64,000 nt of DNA, taken from Azolla caroliniana. Taxonomy: Eukaryota; Plantae; Polypodiophyta. Below, one piece after another: positions 24,801-37,281 of this stretch (its first letter is position 1; each line of letters begins with the position of its first letter). The notes beneath the pieces are model-generated. The model made no database searches. It was not told the DNA's origin and was given only the letters and a program-made list of their open reading frames with translations. A program made the translations under genes and the position numbers. The stretch covers positions 14,632,001 through 14,696,000 of the forward strand of contig JBHGNT010000001.1 of the NCBI GenBank assembly GCA_043228905.1. The letters run 5' to 3'.

Positions 24801-27800
24801 AAGGTTTTGGACTAGGAGAAAAGAAAATTCTAAGGCAATTAAGAATATGAAATATATTGTAAGAAAGAAAGATATGAAAAACTCGTGAATCCCACGAGTA
24901 TAGTGTATTAGTGAGTACTCAGATTAAGAGAGAAAAATAGTTAGCAAATTCGTGAATCCCACGAATATATTATATTAATCAACCCTTGTAAAATAATCAA
25001 CAACCTTATACATATTTCTCTCCTCCTTATATAAGGATGGGAGAGGCTAAGCATGGCTTCCTACCTTCCCTAAAAGTGTTCATGCACACTAAATGTGCAT
25101 GTGATGCTTTTTTTTAACCTTGCTTTTATTTGCTAAATATAGTGCTCATGCATGCTAGATGTGCATGAGTAATATCTTATTGGTTTACATTTTTCTTATA
25201 AATAAAGTATTCACGTACTCTAAAAATGCATGACTTACCTTTTTAATAAAGGTAGGCGTAAATAAAGGTCTTATAGGAATTAAATCTATATTTAGAACAC
25301 TAACGATAAGTTAGTACAATGGTAAGGTTTGGGTTTGTCTACACGGAGGTATAGGGTTTGAATCTTGCCCTATGCACGTAATAAATATTTTATTTTATTT
25401 ATTATACGTACTTTAAATCGGATATAGTATTTTACAAATTTCACGTAGTGTGTGATTCACACTATGACACCGTGTGCAATGCTTCAACAGCTGTCGTTAA
25501 GTACTCCGAAGTCACGAGCGCAATCCTGACTGAAGCAGCTCAGAGAAAGTCTTTCGCCAAAGACTCAGCAAATGAAGCTTACGTAGTACAAGGTTCGACC
25601 GACCGATCGAACAACCAGGGAAGAAGTTCTTCCCGACCGCCGAACAATGAGCGAAGCTGGAGCAAGTCCCGCGACAACCGAATCTGCAACTACCGCAAGA
25701 AATCGGGACACATCAAAGCCGACTGTCAGGCACTCAAAACAAAAACCGACAAAGCTCAAAGAGTGGATTAGAAGAGTAGCCGGCATGAGGAGGTCAACTA
25801 CGTCGGTTGTTCAGCCGAAATTTTGACGATCGACCCAAACATACTATCCATAGAGAACCCAGTCGAATCAGAAGTTTTGCTTACAACTGAGGAATCGAGC
25901 ACATGGCTCCTAGAATCGGGTGCATCGTATCATGTGACACCTCACCGATCTTAGTTTCGACATTACTCAAATCGACACTCCGACTCAGTTTGAGTTGGAA
26001 ACTCGCAGCACTGTGCAATAATCGGAATCGGCACCGTAGAGCTCAACCTTCCGGGCGGTTCTACACTCGTACTACACAACGTTCGACATGTTCCTGAGCT
26101 TTCAAGACCCTTGATCTCAATCGGGCAACTTGACAAAGCCGGCATCCGTGCCGGATTCTCATCAAGAGGGTGGACACTCCACAAAGGGAACCTCCTGCTT
26201 GCTTGAGGACCAAAGGTACATTCCTTGTACCCTTTATATGTCACACTCAAAGAGGGTGACTTATTTTTGGTTGATATCCCCGTGTCATCGTTATGGCACG
26301 AACGACTTGGACACCTCAGCAAGGCCGGCATAACGCACCTATCCAAAGCCGGTTACATCCCCAGGCTCTCCTTCTCGGATCACCAATTCTGCGAGCATTG
26401 CCAGTATGGCAAACAGGTAGCCGCATCACACTCGACATCAACACCAAGAGAATCGAGCCCACTCGGACGTTTGTGGCCCGATGCCACATCAGTCTCTCGG
26501 TGGTGCTTCGTACTTCTTCAGTTTCATTGATGACTCGACTCGGAAGGTGTAGGCTTACCCCATCAGAACCAAAGATCGGGTGTTCTTGATCTTCTCTGAA
26601 TGGCTTGCAATGGTCGAAAATCAGACCAGTCGGAAACTGAAATGTCTTCGAACCGACAATGGAGGAGAATTCAAGTCTGAAGAATTCGTCAAATTCTGCT
26701 GGGAACGCGGCATTCGACGTGAATATACAGCACCCTATAGTTCGGAGCAGAATGGAATTGCTGAACGCATGAATCAGACGATTCAAGAACGCATAATATC
26801 CATGTTCCAACACTCCGAACCGTCGGATGGCTTCTGGGCGGAGGCTCTACTTACGGCAGTACACATAATAAATATTTTGCCAAGTAGACATCTAGGACTT
26901 CAAATACCTCAGAAATATGGACCAGTAGTAAGCCGAATTATAACAAGCTGAGGATCTTCGGTTGCGAGGCATACGCCCTCATACTGAAAGACGATCGCCG
27001 GAAACTCGAACCAAGATCAAGGAAATGCATTTTCCTTGGATATGGACCCGACGGCGAGATCAGATACCAACTCTGGGACCCCGAGCACAGACAAATCGTC
27101 TGAAGTTCAGACGTCGTGTTCAATGAGTCGGCTATGCATAAAACGGCCGAAAGGCCTATTGAAGTCCGAAGGGTAATATTTTTTGAAGTGCCAACCCTTC
27201 ATGACGGCCCAACCCACAACACGAGATCAGTTTCATGGGTAACCGACAACTCTCGCACTGAATCCACCAATTCGGCACAGCCGAATGGCTCGGCTCCCGA
27301 CCATCCGACATCGACACCTGGTGCGACTAGTCCAGTCATACCTCGCAGATCCGAGAGACTATCGCAACCTCCGGAGAGGTACACTCCCGGAATTTTCTTT
27401 ACCGACGCCAGCGAACCAACGTCTTACGAAGAAGCATCGACATCTGTCGATTCAGCCACCTGGCATCTGGCGATGGAGTCGGAAATGCACTCCATTCGGG
27501 CAAACAAGACTTGGAACTTGGTCGAATTACCGAAGAATTGATGTGCTCTTCCATGTAAGTGGATCTATCGACTAAAAGAGACGTCCGACTCGACCAACCC
27601 AAAGTACAAGGCCAGATTAGTTGCGAAGGGATTTAGACAAGAATATGGCGTCGACTTTGACCCTTCGGCGTCGTGGCCGCCGACAACTTGGAGCTGATTC
27701 AACTAGATATAAAAACAACAATCCTCCATTGTGACCTACAGGAGAAAATCTATATGGAGCAACCGAAAGGCTTTGTGGCATCCTGCCAAGAACATTTAGT

Positions 27801-28699
27801 CTACCGACTCAGGAAGAGTCTCTACGGCCTGAAACATGCACCCCGACAGTGGTACAAGAAGTTAAACGACTTCATCCAATCAGTCGGCTTCTCAAAGAAC
27901 GATGAGGACCACTGTCTCTTCACCAAAACAACTCAAGACGGGTCTCCCGTCTTCCTCATCATCTACGTGGACGACATTCTACTCTCCGGTCGGCATGCGG
28001 GAGAGCTCACTGAACTCGTTCGGAAACTGCGGTTGAAGTTTGCGTTGAAGGACCTCGGTCTGGCAAGACACATACATGGTATGAAGATTAGTCGGCATCG
28101 CGATAAATGACAACTTTTCTTGTCTCAAACCGACTACATCGGACGTGTCTTGGAACGCTTCAACATGCACTCAGCCAAGTCTGCTTCAACCCCACTCCCC
28201 ATTAACCTTCGACTATCTCAGCGAGACTGCCCGACATCCGGTCCGGAGGGGGAAGATATGAAGTCGGTACCATATGCACCCGCAATCGGCTCCCTTATGT
28301 ACGCTGTCATGAAGATTTTCGGCAATAGTGTGAAAATCCCATTAAACGTACAAAATCGAGTATGAATCATGTAATACAATAATTGTGAAGATAACATTTT
28401 TAATATCTAAGTACAAAATGATGGAGGTTTCGAATGCACTTTATTACACGAGAAATGGACAACTAAATGTCAAGATATGAGGGTATAAAGTTTGTGAAAA
28501 GAAAAGAGAAAATTGTGAGATATCCCACAAAGGCACGACAAATACGGCTCTCATCATATATAAGGTGGAGCAAAAGATATTATCTTTGTGTCTATGTGTG
28601 GAGCATAGAGAGTTCAAGGTAACTTGAACTTAGAGTGGAGGTGGCTAGCTACTCGAAAAGGGTTTTGGCCAACCAAAACCGGACCGGCGATGGAGCCGG

Positions 28700-28820
28700 T
28701 GATCCGACGGCATGCGGCACCGGTATCCGGCGGCGGCATGGGGCACCGGTATCCGGCGTCGGCATCCGGCGGCGGCACCGGCATCCGGCGGCGGCGTCGG
28801 CATTCGGCGAACCGGCGACT
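28700..28820. repeat. GC-rich minisatellite in the G2 LTR (also ~35535-35666)
   Basis: Units such as CGGCATCCGGCGG / CGGTATCCGGCGT; the arrangement differs between the two LTRs. Confidence 0.8.
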
Positions 28821-28864
28821 AGATAAAATAAATATATAAAAATATATACATATACAAGGAGGGC

Positions 28865-28927
28865 AAGTATGGATTCGAACCTTGCACCTCCAAGTTAAGA
28901 GTCAAATGGCTTACCATTAAGCCATAG
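28865..28927 (-). promoter_or_regulatory. tRNA-like Pol III A/B-box cassette in the G2 LTR (copy at 35711-35773)
   Basis: Minus strand reads TGGCTTAATGGTAAGCCA...GACTCTTAA...GGTTCGAATCC: canonical A and B boxes at tRNA spacing, a D-stem and a Lys(CTT)-like loop; other stems are decayed. Confidence 0.75.
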
Positions 28928-29378
28928 TATTTAGTTGAAATTATATTCCTATCATTGTACTTTTACATGTAAATTCTCATCCATGAGTGCTAAAATGAGT
29001 GACATGGTTAGCATGCACCACATGTAATACTTAAGCGCCAAATGGCAAACATGCAATTTATGCATGTCTTGTACCCTCACATGCATCATATGCATGAGAG
29101 CATCTATAAAAGAGGGAAGGGGGAGGAGAAAAACACGGTTTTTTTTTATGAAAATTAAGAAGAAGAAATTCGTTATCAAATCAATCGTGTAATCTCATCT
29201 TCTCTCTTTCCCAATCTTTCTTAAGTACTTTCTCGCCAAACGACTCTAAATCCTTCTGGTCCAGAACCCCGGCGGTTCCGCCTCACGATCCGCGCGTAGT
29301 GACGGATCTTCACGACATAATTAAGTGGTGAACCCGACGTGAAAGAGGCGGTAGGAAGGATCAAGTCGAGATTAATAC

Positions 29379-31583
29379 TTGGAGATGGCGTCCTCAAGCA
29401 ACCAAGCAGGAGAGCTCGAAAGGATGATGCTAATCGTCGAGCAAATGATGAGATCTCGAGACAACGACGCGAGCGTGGAGAAGGCTGTCGATCGTGTCGT
29501 AGAGCTCGAGGGCCAATTCGATGGAAGGAACGTTACGAAGTTCCTTGATGCATATAAGAGGGAGATGAATCAAAGGGACGTGTCCGAGGCACGTCAAATC
29601 GCAAGCTTCAAGAGAGTTGTCGCCAACAACATCCAAAGACGCGTCATCGAGCTTCAAGAAGGAAAGACAACATGGTCCGAGTTCGAGAAAACGATACTAG
29701 CGGAGTTCGTGACTGAAGACTCAACGAGGATGACTCGACATGCCCTGATGAAGTGGATAGAGAAGAAGAATAAGAAGATGAGCGTCTCGAGGGTGTACGA
29801 CGAATTCGACCAGATGTTTAGTCGTCTCCCCAATACGGACCAAGTATTGCTTGAAGAGGACAAGACTTTGTACTTCTTGAAGGCCGTGGACATAAAGGAT
29901 AGACGGGAGTTGGGGACTCTTCTCGAAGATGATACCCAAGCAAATGGGCTCGTAGCGGACTGGATCGCGATGAAGCGGGCATGCAATAGGCTCGACAAGC
30001 GTCGCCAATGGGTTGATGACACCAACTTGACGGGACCGACTACCACGGAGAAAGCAAGACCGCCGAAAGTAGCTGAGCCGCTGAGACAAAGTAACGTGGA
30101 AGAAAAGAAGATTGATGACGACATCATTGAAGAGCTAGCGAAGAAGTTCGAGAAGGTCACTCTAGCCAACATGAATCGTCGGGGCCCTAAAGGAAAAGAA
30201 CCCTTTAGATGCGTGTGGTGCGATAGCATGGACCACATGAGAAGGGATTGTGCGAGCCTTCGAGAGGCGATTCGACAAAATATCGTATACATAGAGGACA
30301 ACATGATCTGCTCAAGCGAGACTAGAAGACCCCTACGGGTGAATTTCGGAAGAGGAGGAATGAAGAGATCTATGGAGGATGCCGATGCGACTCATGTGGA
30401 TGCGATGCACTATGCTGCGTCGGCCGGAATAAGAGTCGGGAAAGACAAGACTGAAGCTGCTAGAGCGGGAGCAAAGTTTTGGACTTCCGTTCTCGAATAT
30501 GAGAAGAAGGGAAAAGTCACATTGAACGAGGTAGAGCTTGCGGACCGAAGCGTTCAAAGCATAACCGGGTGGTCGGATCCGGTGGATGACAACACCATAC
30601 TCGCAGAGGTGATGTGCGACAACCACGAGGTGTTTGTCGAAGAAAAGAGAAAGAGAATAGAAGAGCAAGGCCCATCTAAAAGACATGAAACAAGGAACGC
30701 GAAAAAGAAGGACGATGCGGAGACGAGTCAACCTTTACAAACGGAGGAACGAGAATCAAGCCGAAAAGGGGAGCCGAGCATACGAGTTGAAGAAACGGTT
30801 CGGCCCGTGAAGGTTGGTGTCGAAGACCCCACTCGGAGGACAAGGACCATACCTACCTATAAGCTAAGGTCGGACATAGAGTAGACGACGGACCTAAAGA
30901 AGATTCTCGAAGAACGAGTTCTTGATAGCCACGTAACTTTGTCCTTGAGGGAATTGCTTGGCATTACGAAGAAGGAGTTCCATGACACGATCGTGGACCT
31001 TGTTAAGAGAAAGAGACAACAATCAGACGAGGAAGAAGAGAAGCCGCAGAAAGCAAAAATGAATGCCATAACGATGGCAAGAGACGAAATCGATGAAGAT
31101 ATGGTGGACAGCCACTACACTCGACCTCATTGGGCATGAGCGACAACGGAGACGCCGGTGAAGATCGGGGAGAAGAAAGAGACCGTCGTAGCCTTGATTG
31201 ACCATGGCTCGGAGATCAACCTCATGTCAACCGACTTCTACAAAAAGGGAAGATGGCCAATCAATACAAACCACGGATGGAAGATTCGCGCGGCAACAAA
31301 GTCTACGGAGGACTTGTACGGAGCTTGTCCCAATGTCAAAGTCACGATCGGGGATGTGGAGATGGATCAACACTTCTTCGTACAAGAATCGGCGTCGCAT
31401 CCTGTCATCCTAGGGCAACCTTATATCACATCATCTCGGATGGAGACCAAAGTGTTCGATAATGGAGCAGCCTTCGCACGAATGAAGAGTCTTGACAACC
31501 AAAGATCGGTCCAATTCCTAATAGTGCGAGCCAATCATGAAAGGAATCGAGATAGTCTCGGAGGCGAATCCTCGGATTTTTAG
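29379..31583 (+). pseudogene. G2 Gag-protease ORF with two in-frame stops (30882, 31137)
   Basis: ORFs 29379, 30939 and 31158 share one frame; CVWCDSMDHMRRDC knuckle; LIDHGSEIN protease. Confidence 0.88.
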
Positions 31584-34500
31584 AGCGGACTATTGAAGCA
31601 TGGGGCACAAATAGTCCGAGCAATCACAAGACCCCACAAGAAAGAAGAGCGCGTGGATTGCAAGGAGAAGCAATATGTGTCACACCTAGTGGCGCATGTA
31701 AACTAGTACTACCCAACAAGAAGCACAAGCACCGGATACAAGAATTCGAGAAGATGCTGAAAGAAGAGAACATAATAGAAGAAGGGGAGTTCGTGACTCA
31801 TATTATGGAAGAAGCCTCATTTAACGACACCATCGGCGAAATCGAGGACGTCGTGGACTTGAGCTATCTTCACAACCAATGCGTGATTTCGGTTAACTCT
31901 GTCAACATGTATGCTATCATCGATGAATACCGTCGTGGCATCTCGGTGAAGGAAGCTGACATCAACACAAAATATAAAACGGTGGATAAGAAGATCAAGC
32001 CAGTTGCGGTTCCGCTACCAGAAGATAGCTGGCAAAAGATGAAGGAAGTCGCTAACGATCCAAGCTTAAGAGATCCGAAGAAGATAGGTCATGACTTCAC
32101 CAAAGAGACGAAGGGGAAGCTACGAGTTGGAAAGGAGGATTTCCTTCTCCGTGAAGAGGAGCGAATGTTTCGCGATATGCTTGAGAGACATGGGAAGGCT
32201 TTCGCATTCTTCCCATGAGAAATCGGATGCGCCGACCCAAAGGTTATAGAGCCAATGGTGATCTTCACGGTGCCTCATGTGCCTTGGAATTTGAAACCGA
32301 TACCGGTTCTGAGAGCACACCTTCCGAAGCTGATCGAGCTCTTAAAGGAGAAGGTGAGTATGGGAATTCTAGAACCGTCGAATGCTCCTTATTCCAATAG
32401 GTGGTTCACGGTGCCGAAGAAGAATGGATCATTGCGATTCATCCAAGATCTTCAACCCGTCAACAAGCTGACAATTCGAAATGCCGGAATCGGTCCGAGC
32501 GTGGACGAATTTGCCGAAGCGTTTGCGGGCCGGTCCATCTACTCCATTGGCGATCTCTACTCCGGATATGACCAATTCCAATTGGCGATCGACAGTCGGG
32601 ACATTACAACCATGAGGACTCCGATCGGGCTTGTGCGGATGTGTACCTTACCCCAAGGCGCAACGAACTCGATGGCTCATATGGTGAATGCCATGAATAA
32701 AGTCTTGAAGGATTGCATTCCGGACATCACGATGCCATTCTTGGATGATATTCCGATAAAAGGATGTTCGGATGAGGAGAAAGATGAATCGAAAGATAAG
32801 GAAGGTTGTAGAAAGTTCGTTGCGGATCATATGAAAGATTGCGAGAAGGTGCTTCAAAGGCTCGAAGATGCGAATTTGACATTTTCGGGAGAAAAATCCG
32901 CATTCGGGCAACCGGAGATCTTGGTGGTAGGTCACTTGTGTGGAGCATACGGCCGGAAGCCCTCGCCATCCAAAGTGAACGCAATCCAAGACATGAAAGA
33001 AGAATGCGAAAACCAAACGGAGGTTCGAAGGTTCCTTGGAGCGTGCGCATTTTATCATATATGGATTCCTCACTACGCTCATGTCGCCGAACCATTATAT
33101 GGACTACTAAAGAAAAGAATAAAGTTCGAATGGCGAGACGAGCACACAGAGGCGATGCGAAGATTAAAGAAACTGCTTCTTGAAGCTCCGGCACTAAGGA
33201 AGGCCGACTATGCTGAAGGGAAACCAATTTACGTGACCGTAGATACGAGCCCAACCGGAATCGGGTGGGTCATCAATCAAGAAGGTGAAGATAATGCGCG
33301 ATATGCCGTCCGGTTCGGAGCAAAGGTTCTTAGCGAACGGCAATAAAGATATGCCCAAGTCAAGCGGGAACTTTGGGGTATTGTGTCGGCAGTGAAGACG
33401 GACAAAGATTACCTGATCGGATCAGAAGTGATAATAGAGACAGATTGTCTCCCAATTCTCGGAATGGTCTCAGGATGTGCGACCCCAGATCTTGCTATGC
33501 TAAGGTGGATCGCCTACATCAAGTCTTTAAACCCAGAGATCCATCACATCGCAGGGAAGAAGAACGCCATGGCTGACATGCTGTCGAGGGCAAGATTTTC
33601 AAATGGAAGTAACATGGTTTCGGAAGATGAAGATGTCGCCCTCGACTTCTTCAAAATGGCTCGATTGTCGGCGGAAGACCAGGACACGCAAACCCTCCAC
33701 GCCTTCAACGAGAACGAGTACGAAGGAGAATGGTTACTCATCGGTAGATTCCTAAGAACATTGACGACAGATGCTTCGTTGACAAAGGAGGAGGCCCTAC
33801 GAATCCGAAAGAAAGCTTACCGATACTTCTTGAAGGGAGGATTCCTTTGGCGACATCCAAAAAGAAGGACAGGAATACCACGTCGAGTGGTGGTAAAGAA
33901 AGAAGAGCAAGAGACGCTGATGACCGAATTCCACGAGAGTGCTTGGGCAGGTCATAGAGGAACATGGGCGACGTTCGAAAAGTTGAAGGAGAAGTACTGG
34001 TGGCCAAGCATGTACAAAGATGTACTCCATTTCGTGTCCACATGCGAAACTTGCCAAGTATATTCAAATATACGTCATCGTGATGAGTTGAAGCCGACAT
34101 ACCCACTCACCATTCACTTCAAATGGATGGTGGATCTGTTCTCGATGCCAATGGGAGTGGGACAAATGAAGTACTTAGCGCTCGCAAGGGAAGACTTGAC
34201 AAATCAAGTGGAAGGACGAGCCTTGACAAATAAGACAACTTCAGCCGTTTGTAAAATTTTACTTGAAGATGTTGTTTGCCGATATGGATGTGTAGGGAAG
34301 ATAGTGGCCGACCGAGGGGAGTTGGACGCGCACGAAGCGACGGAGCTCTTCGAAAGACTAGGCGTGAAGCTCTCCCTCACGACTGCCTACAATCCGGAAG
34401 CAAATGGGAAGATCGAGCGAGGGCATGGACCTATCGTTAAAGCCATCGTACGGGCATGCAACGGTCGAGTCGGGAATTGGCCACGACTATTACCCTATGC

Positions 34501-35068
34501 CTTGTGGGCCGATAGAACGACACATAGCTCGGTGACAGGGTATATGCCGACGGAGCTTATGTATGGACAAAAGCCGATTATGCCCATCGAAAGGACGATC
34601 GCCTCATGGGTAGCAATACCGTGGGAGAACGAGATGAGTCGAGAAGAGTTATTAGCGGCACGGATAAGGCAACTTGAAAGAAGACCTGAAGATTTAGAAA
34701 AAGCGCGAAAGATGATGAAGGCAGCCCGAGTAAAGAACAAAGTTCGGTTCGACAACACGCATCGACTTCGTCCCAAGAAGATTGAAGAAGGGGATTGGGT
34801 TTTGGTCTACGATAGCACCCTTGACAATCAACATAGTACAACAAGGAAGTTCGCAAGAAGATGGTTCGGGCCGTATGTGGTGACAAGTGCCAACGATAAT
34901 GCCACATACCACCTTGCGGAACTAGACGGATCAAGGTTGGCCGTACCCATTGCGGGAAAAAAAGTAAAGCTTTTCAAGAAAAGACAAGACAAGGATCCTG
35001 ACCTCGATTACCTCGATGATGAACATAATAGGCCGGATGAAAATGAAGACATGGAGGAATCTAATTGA
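31574..35068 (+). pseudogene. G2 RT-RNase H-integrase ORF in the -1 frame, with two in-frame stops (32216, 33344)
   Basis: ORFs 31658, 32255 and 33383 share one frame that is open back to 31574; LPQG, PFLDD, DTS/ETD RNase H, H..H..C..C, DRGE, NGKIER and WFGPY motifs. Confidence 0.9.
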
Positions 35069-37281
35069 TCATCGTAGCCGAAATCTCACTTCTTCTCTTC
35101 TTGGCACGTACCGGAGGACGTGTGGTTTGGTGGGGGTGGATGTCGTGAAGATTTTCGGCAATAGTGTGAAAATCCCATTAAACGTACAAAATCGAGTATG
35201 AATCATGTAATACAATAATTGTGAAGATAACATTTTTAATATCTAAGTACAAAATGATGGAGGTTTCGAATACACTTTATTACACAAGAAATGGACAACT
35301 AAATGTCAAGATATGAGGGTATAAAGTTTATGAAAAGAAAAGAGAAAATTGTGAGATATCCCACATAGGCACGACAAATACGGCTCTCATCATATATAAG
35401 GTGGAGCAAAAGATATTATCTTTGTGTCTATGTGTGGAGCATAGAGAGTTCAAGGTAACTTGAACTTAGAGTGGAGGTGGCTAGCTACTCGAAAAGGGTT
35501 TTGGCCAACCAAAACCGGACGGGCGATGGAGCCGGTGATCCGACGGCATGCGGCACCGGTATCTGGCGTCGGTATCCGGCGTCGGCGGCGGCATCCGGCG
35601 TCGGTATCTGGCGGCATCCGGCGGCGGCACCGGTATCCGGCGTCGGCATTCGGCGAACCGGCGACTAGATAAAATAAATATATAAAAATATATACATATA
35701 CAAGGAGGGCAAGTATGGATTCGAACCTTGCACCTCCAAGTTAAGAGTCAAATGGCTTACCATTAAGCCATAGTATTTAGTTGAAATTATATTCCTATCA
35801 TTGTACTTTTACATGTAAATTCTCATCCATGAGTGCTAAAATGAGTGACATGGTTAGCATGCACCACATGTAATACTTAAGCGCCAAATGGCAAACATGC
35901 AATTTATGCATGTCGTGTACCCTCACATGCATCATATGCATGAGAGCATCTATAAAAGAGGGAAGGGGGAGGAGAAAAACACGGTTTTTTTTTATGAAAA
36001 TTAAGAAGAAGAAATTCGTTATCAAATCAATCGTGTAATCTCATCTTCTCTCTTTCCCAATCTTTCTTAAGTACTTTCTCGCCAAACGACTCTAAATCCT
36101 TCTGGTCCAGAACCCCGGCGGTTCCACCTCACGATCCGCGCGTAGTGACGGATCTTCACGACAACGCGATGGTCGTAACGACCTGATATTTCTCACGCCG
36201 TAGGAGTCGTCAGCAGATTCATGCACAACCCCGGTCGATCGCACTGGAACACAGTGAAGCATGTGTTCAGATATCTAGCTGGCATAAAAGACCACGACAT
36301 TCTTTTCGGCCCGAACTCAATCTCAGGCATAGTCAGTTACACCGACTCGGACTTCGGAAATCAACAACCGGATACTGTTTCAAATTCGGCAATGGAACAA
36401 TCTCGTGGAAGTCGAAACTTCAGGAGTGCACAACCACCTCAATGACTGAAGCGGAATATGTAGCTGCATCCGACGCGGCAAAAGAAGCTTTATGGCTCAG
36501 TCGGCTGGCGCACACGTTTCGACAGGTCGACTTCAACTCGGCTCCAATTGTCTACAATGACAGTCAGGGTGTTGTTGCTTTGTCAAAGAATTCGGTTCAC
36601 CACAACACCTCCAAGCATATCGACGTTCGGTATCACTTCGTTCAGGACTGCGTCATTTCAGGTAAAATCGGTCTAGAGAAGATATCCACAACCGATAATG
36701 TCGCATATGGAATGACCAAGTGTCTTTCAGCGGATTGTTTGCCAGTCCCTTCGACACCAGATGGGCGTAACGAAAAACCGGTCTGGTTAAAGTCGGACAC
36801 ACAACACAGGATGGTCTCGGACCACCGACATCGGTTCTTTGAGGATCAGCTTCAGCTCTTTCGACCCAACCGGTTCGGCCTTCTATCTTTGGATCTTGTC
36901 GACTCTAACAAAACCAATTTGTCCGATAAACCTTGTATATACCTGTAATTTTTTAGATAACCCATGTATACTCCCATTACGGGGGAGTGTCGAATACGAG
37001 TGTATAATGGCCGTATTCACACTGTCCCTTTGGACAGCCCAAGTTTGGGCTATTTCTGTAAATAGCATAAAGGGCAGTTGCCCTAGGATAGTCACTATAT
37101 ATAGTGACTTTGTAACCTTTAGTAAAGGTTGGTTGGTTGTCATGGTGTAACTGTTGATATTGAGGAATATAACGTTCTTCTTTGTGCCTCTCTCTCTCTC
37201 TCTCTCTGGTTTTCGTTCTCATACACAGGTTCTTCTTCATCACGAATGTTGCTTGCACTTCCGCATTGACGGCCTCTAGCA

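Larger units (their letters stand above)
2148..25469 (-). mobile_element. Family S solo LTR copy S3, split into 2148-2194 and 24798-25469 by Copia C
   Basis: Termini TGTCGT...ATGACA; 4-bp TSD CCGT at 2144-2147 and 25470-25473. Confidence 0.88.
28305..36163 (+). mobile_element. Gypsy G2, structurally complete Phygy-like element inserted in the RT of Copia B
   Basis: LTRs 28305-29317 and 35141-36163; TSD ACGC; Trp PBS; G/T-rich PPT before 35141; GAG-PR-RT-RH-INT order with no chromodomain seen. Confidence 0.95.
1242..37281 (+). mobile_element. Copia B (degenerate, same family as C and E), in pieces 1242-2147, 25474-28300 and 36168-~37281
   Basis: gag ATG at 1655; the reading frame rejoins across each insertion (ENFVTT/VCNAST at TSD CCGT; SLMYA/MV at TSD ACGC); GAG-PR-INT-RT-RH order with many stops; PPT GGGGGAG 36981-36987; 3' LTR 36988-~37281 (right end approximate). 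5' LTR is outside the window. Confidence 0.9.

Noticed and set aside
28865-28927. Functional tRNA genes at the A/B-box cassettes
   Set aside because: Acceptor and anticodon stems do not pair properly and all copies sit inside LTRs, so they are reported as tRNA-like cassettes only.
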